DNA of 64,000 nt, taken from contig MNCI01003473.1 in the NCBI GenBank assembly GCA_015680685.1, forward strand, positions 491,754 through 555,753, given 5' to 3'. The notes beneath the pieces were generated by a model that was not told where the DNA came from, did no database searches, and worked only from the letters and a program-made list of their open reading frames with translations. Position numbers and translations under genes: made by a program. Below are positions 63,401-64,000 of this stretch, in pieces (position 1 is the first letter of the stretch; each line of letters opens with the position of its first letter). The DNA is from Gnetum montanum. Taxonomy: Eukaryota; Plantae; Gnetophyta.

Positions 63401-64000
63401 TCAATAGACTAATTTCTTAGTGTTTAGAATTTATTTATACCTATTCATTAGTTCGACTTGATTGATGATGGTTCCTAAAGTTCTACAGTTTTGACAGTAA
63501 TTTCTTGATATGTATTCCTTATATATCATTTGAAAAATTTAGAATATCAACTTTATATCAATGTTCTCAGAGCAAACATGGGAAGTTGTGCGAAAACCTA
63601 CATGTTAGCTTTATTAAGATGGTGCTATACTTCAGTTTGAGGAAATGATTAGAACCTACATTAGTCAAAGTACTAGTTAAGATTGAATTGTTATGCTTGT
63701 ATTCCTAAAAAACTATGAGTGATGAGATACTGCACTATAGTTTCATTAAGAAAATTGTAATTGTCTTTCAAATTTCATTGTGTCCCCAGTGATAGTATAC
63801 ATGTATGATCACATTGATGATGAGTTTGAGGCTAGGCCAATAGGTTGTAAAATTGGTTGATTTGTGTATGGATTCTTTGTAAAGCCCCAATTTTGTAGAA
63901 GAACACTATAATACCAAAGAATTGTCATCCTCTATAAAACATGCTTTTACATTGAAGACACTTTGCTCATGCCAAATTGTAACTAAAATTTGGCCATTTT
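60442..64000 (+). repeat. Copy 2 of the duplication; starts at an N and runs off the window
   Basis: Begins immediately after the n at 60441; ORF 61977-62159 mirrors 56104-56286. Confidence 0.95.

Overview
AT-rich plant nuclear DNA from a large, methylated genome; the CpG/CHG deamination and element types suggest a gymnosperm- or fern-like host, but this cannot be fixed from sequence alone. No intact host protein-coding gene, rRNA, tRNA or CRISPR array is supportable. The window is mostly nested, decayed retrotransposons. (i) Athila-like Ty3/gypsy family (LTRs TGATG...CATCA, tRNA-Asp PBS): a ~830-codon decayed extra ORF at 8-2509, two diverged gag-only copies nested in opposite orientation (10841-21066), three solo LTRs with 5-bp TSDs, and a gap-spanning copy at 58814-60440. 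(ii) Two SIRE-like Ty1/copia elements (7526-22883, 42842-45964). (iii) A large Tat/Ogre-like element (tRNA-Asn PBS, ~23322-49135, minus) hosting a chromodomain-bearing CRM-like element and other inserts. (iv) RTEX-like and possibly L1-like LINE relics. The right end (51.4-58.1 kb) is different: a non-coding, CpG-retaining module that has been duplicated repeatedly, plus a near-identical 3.56-kb duplication beside an N that may be an assembly artefact. All family assignments are by eye from motifs, not from database searches.
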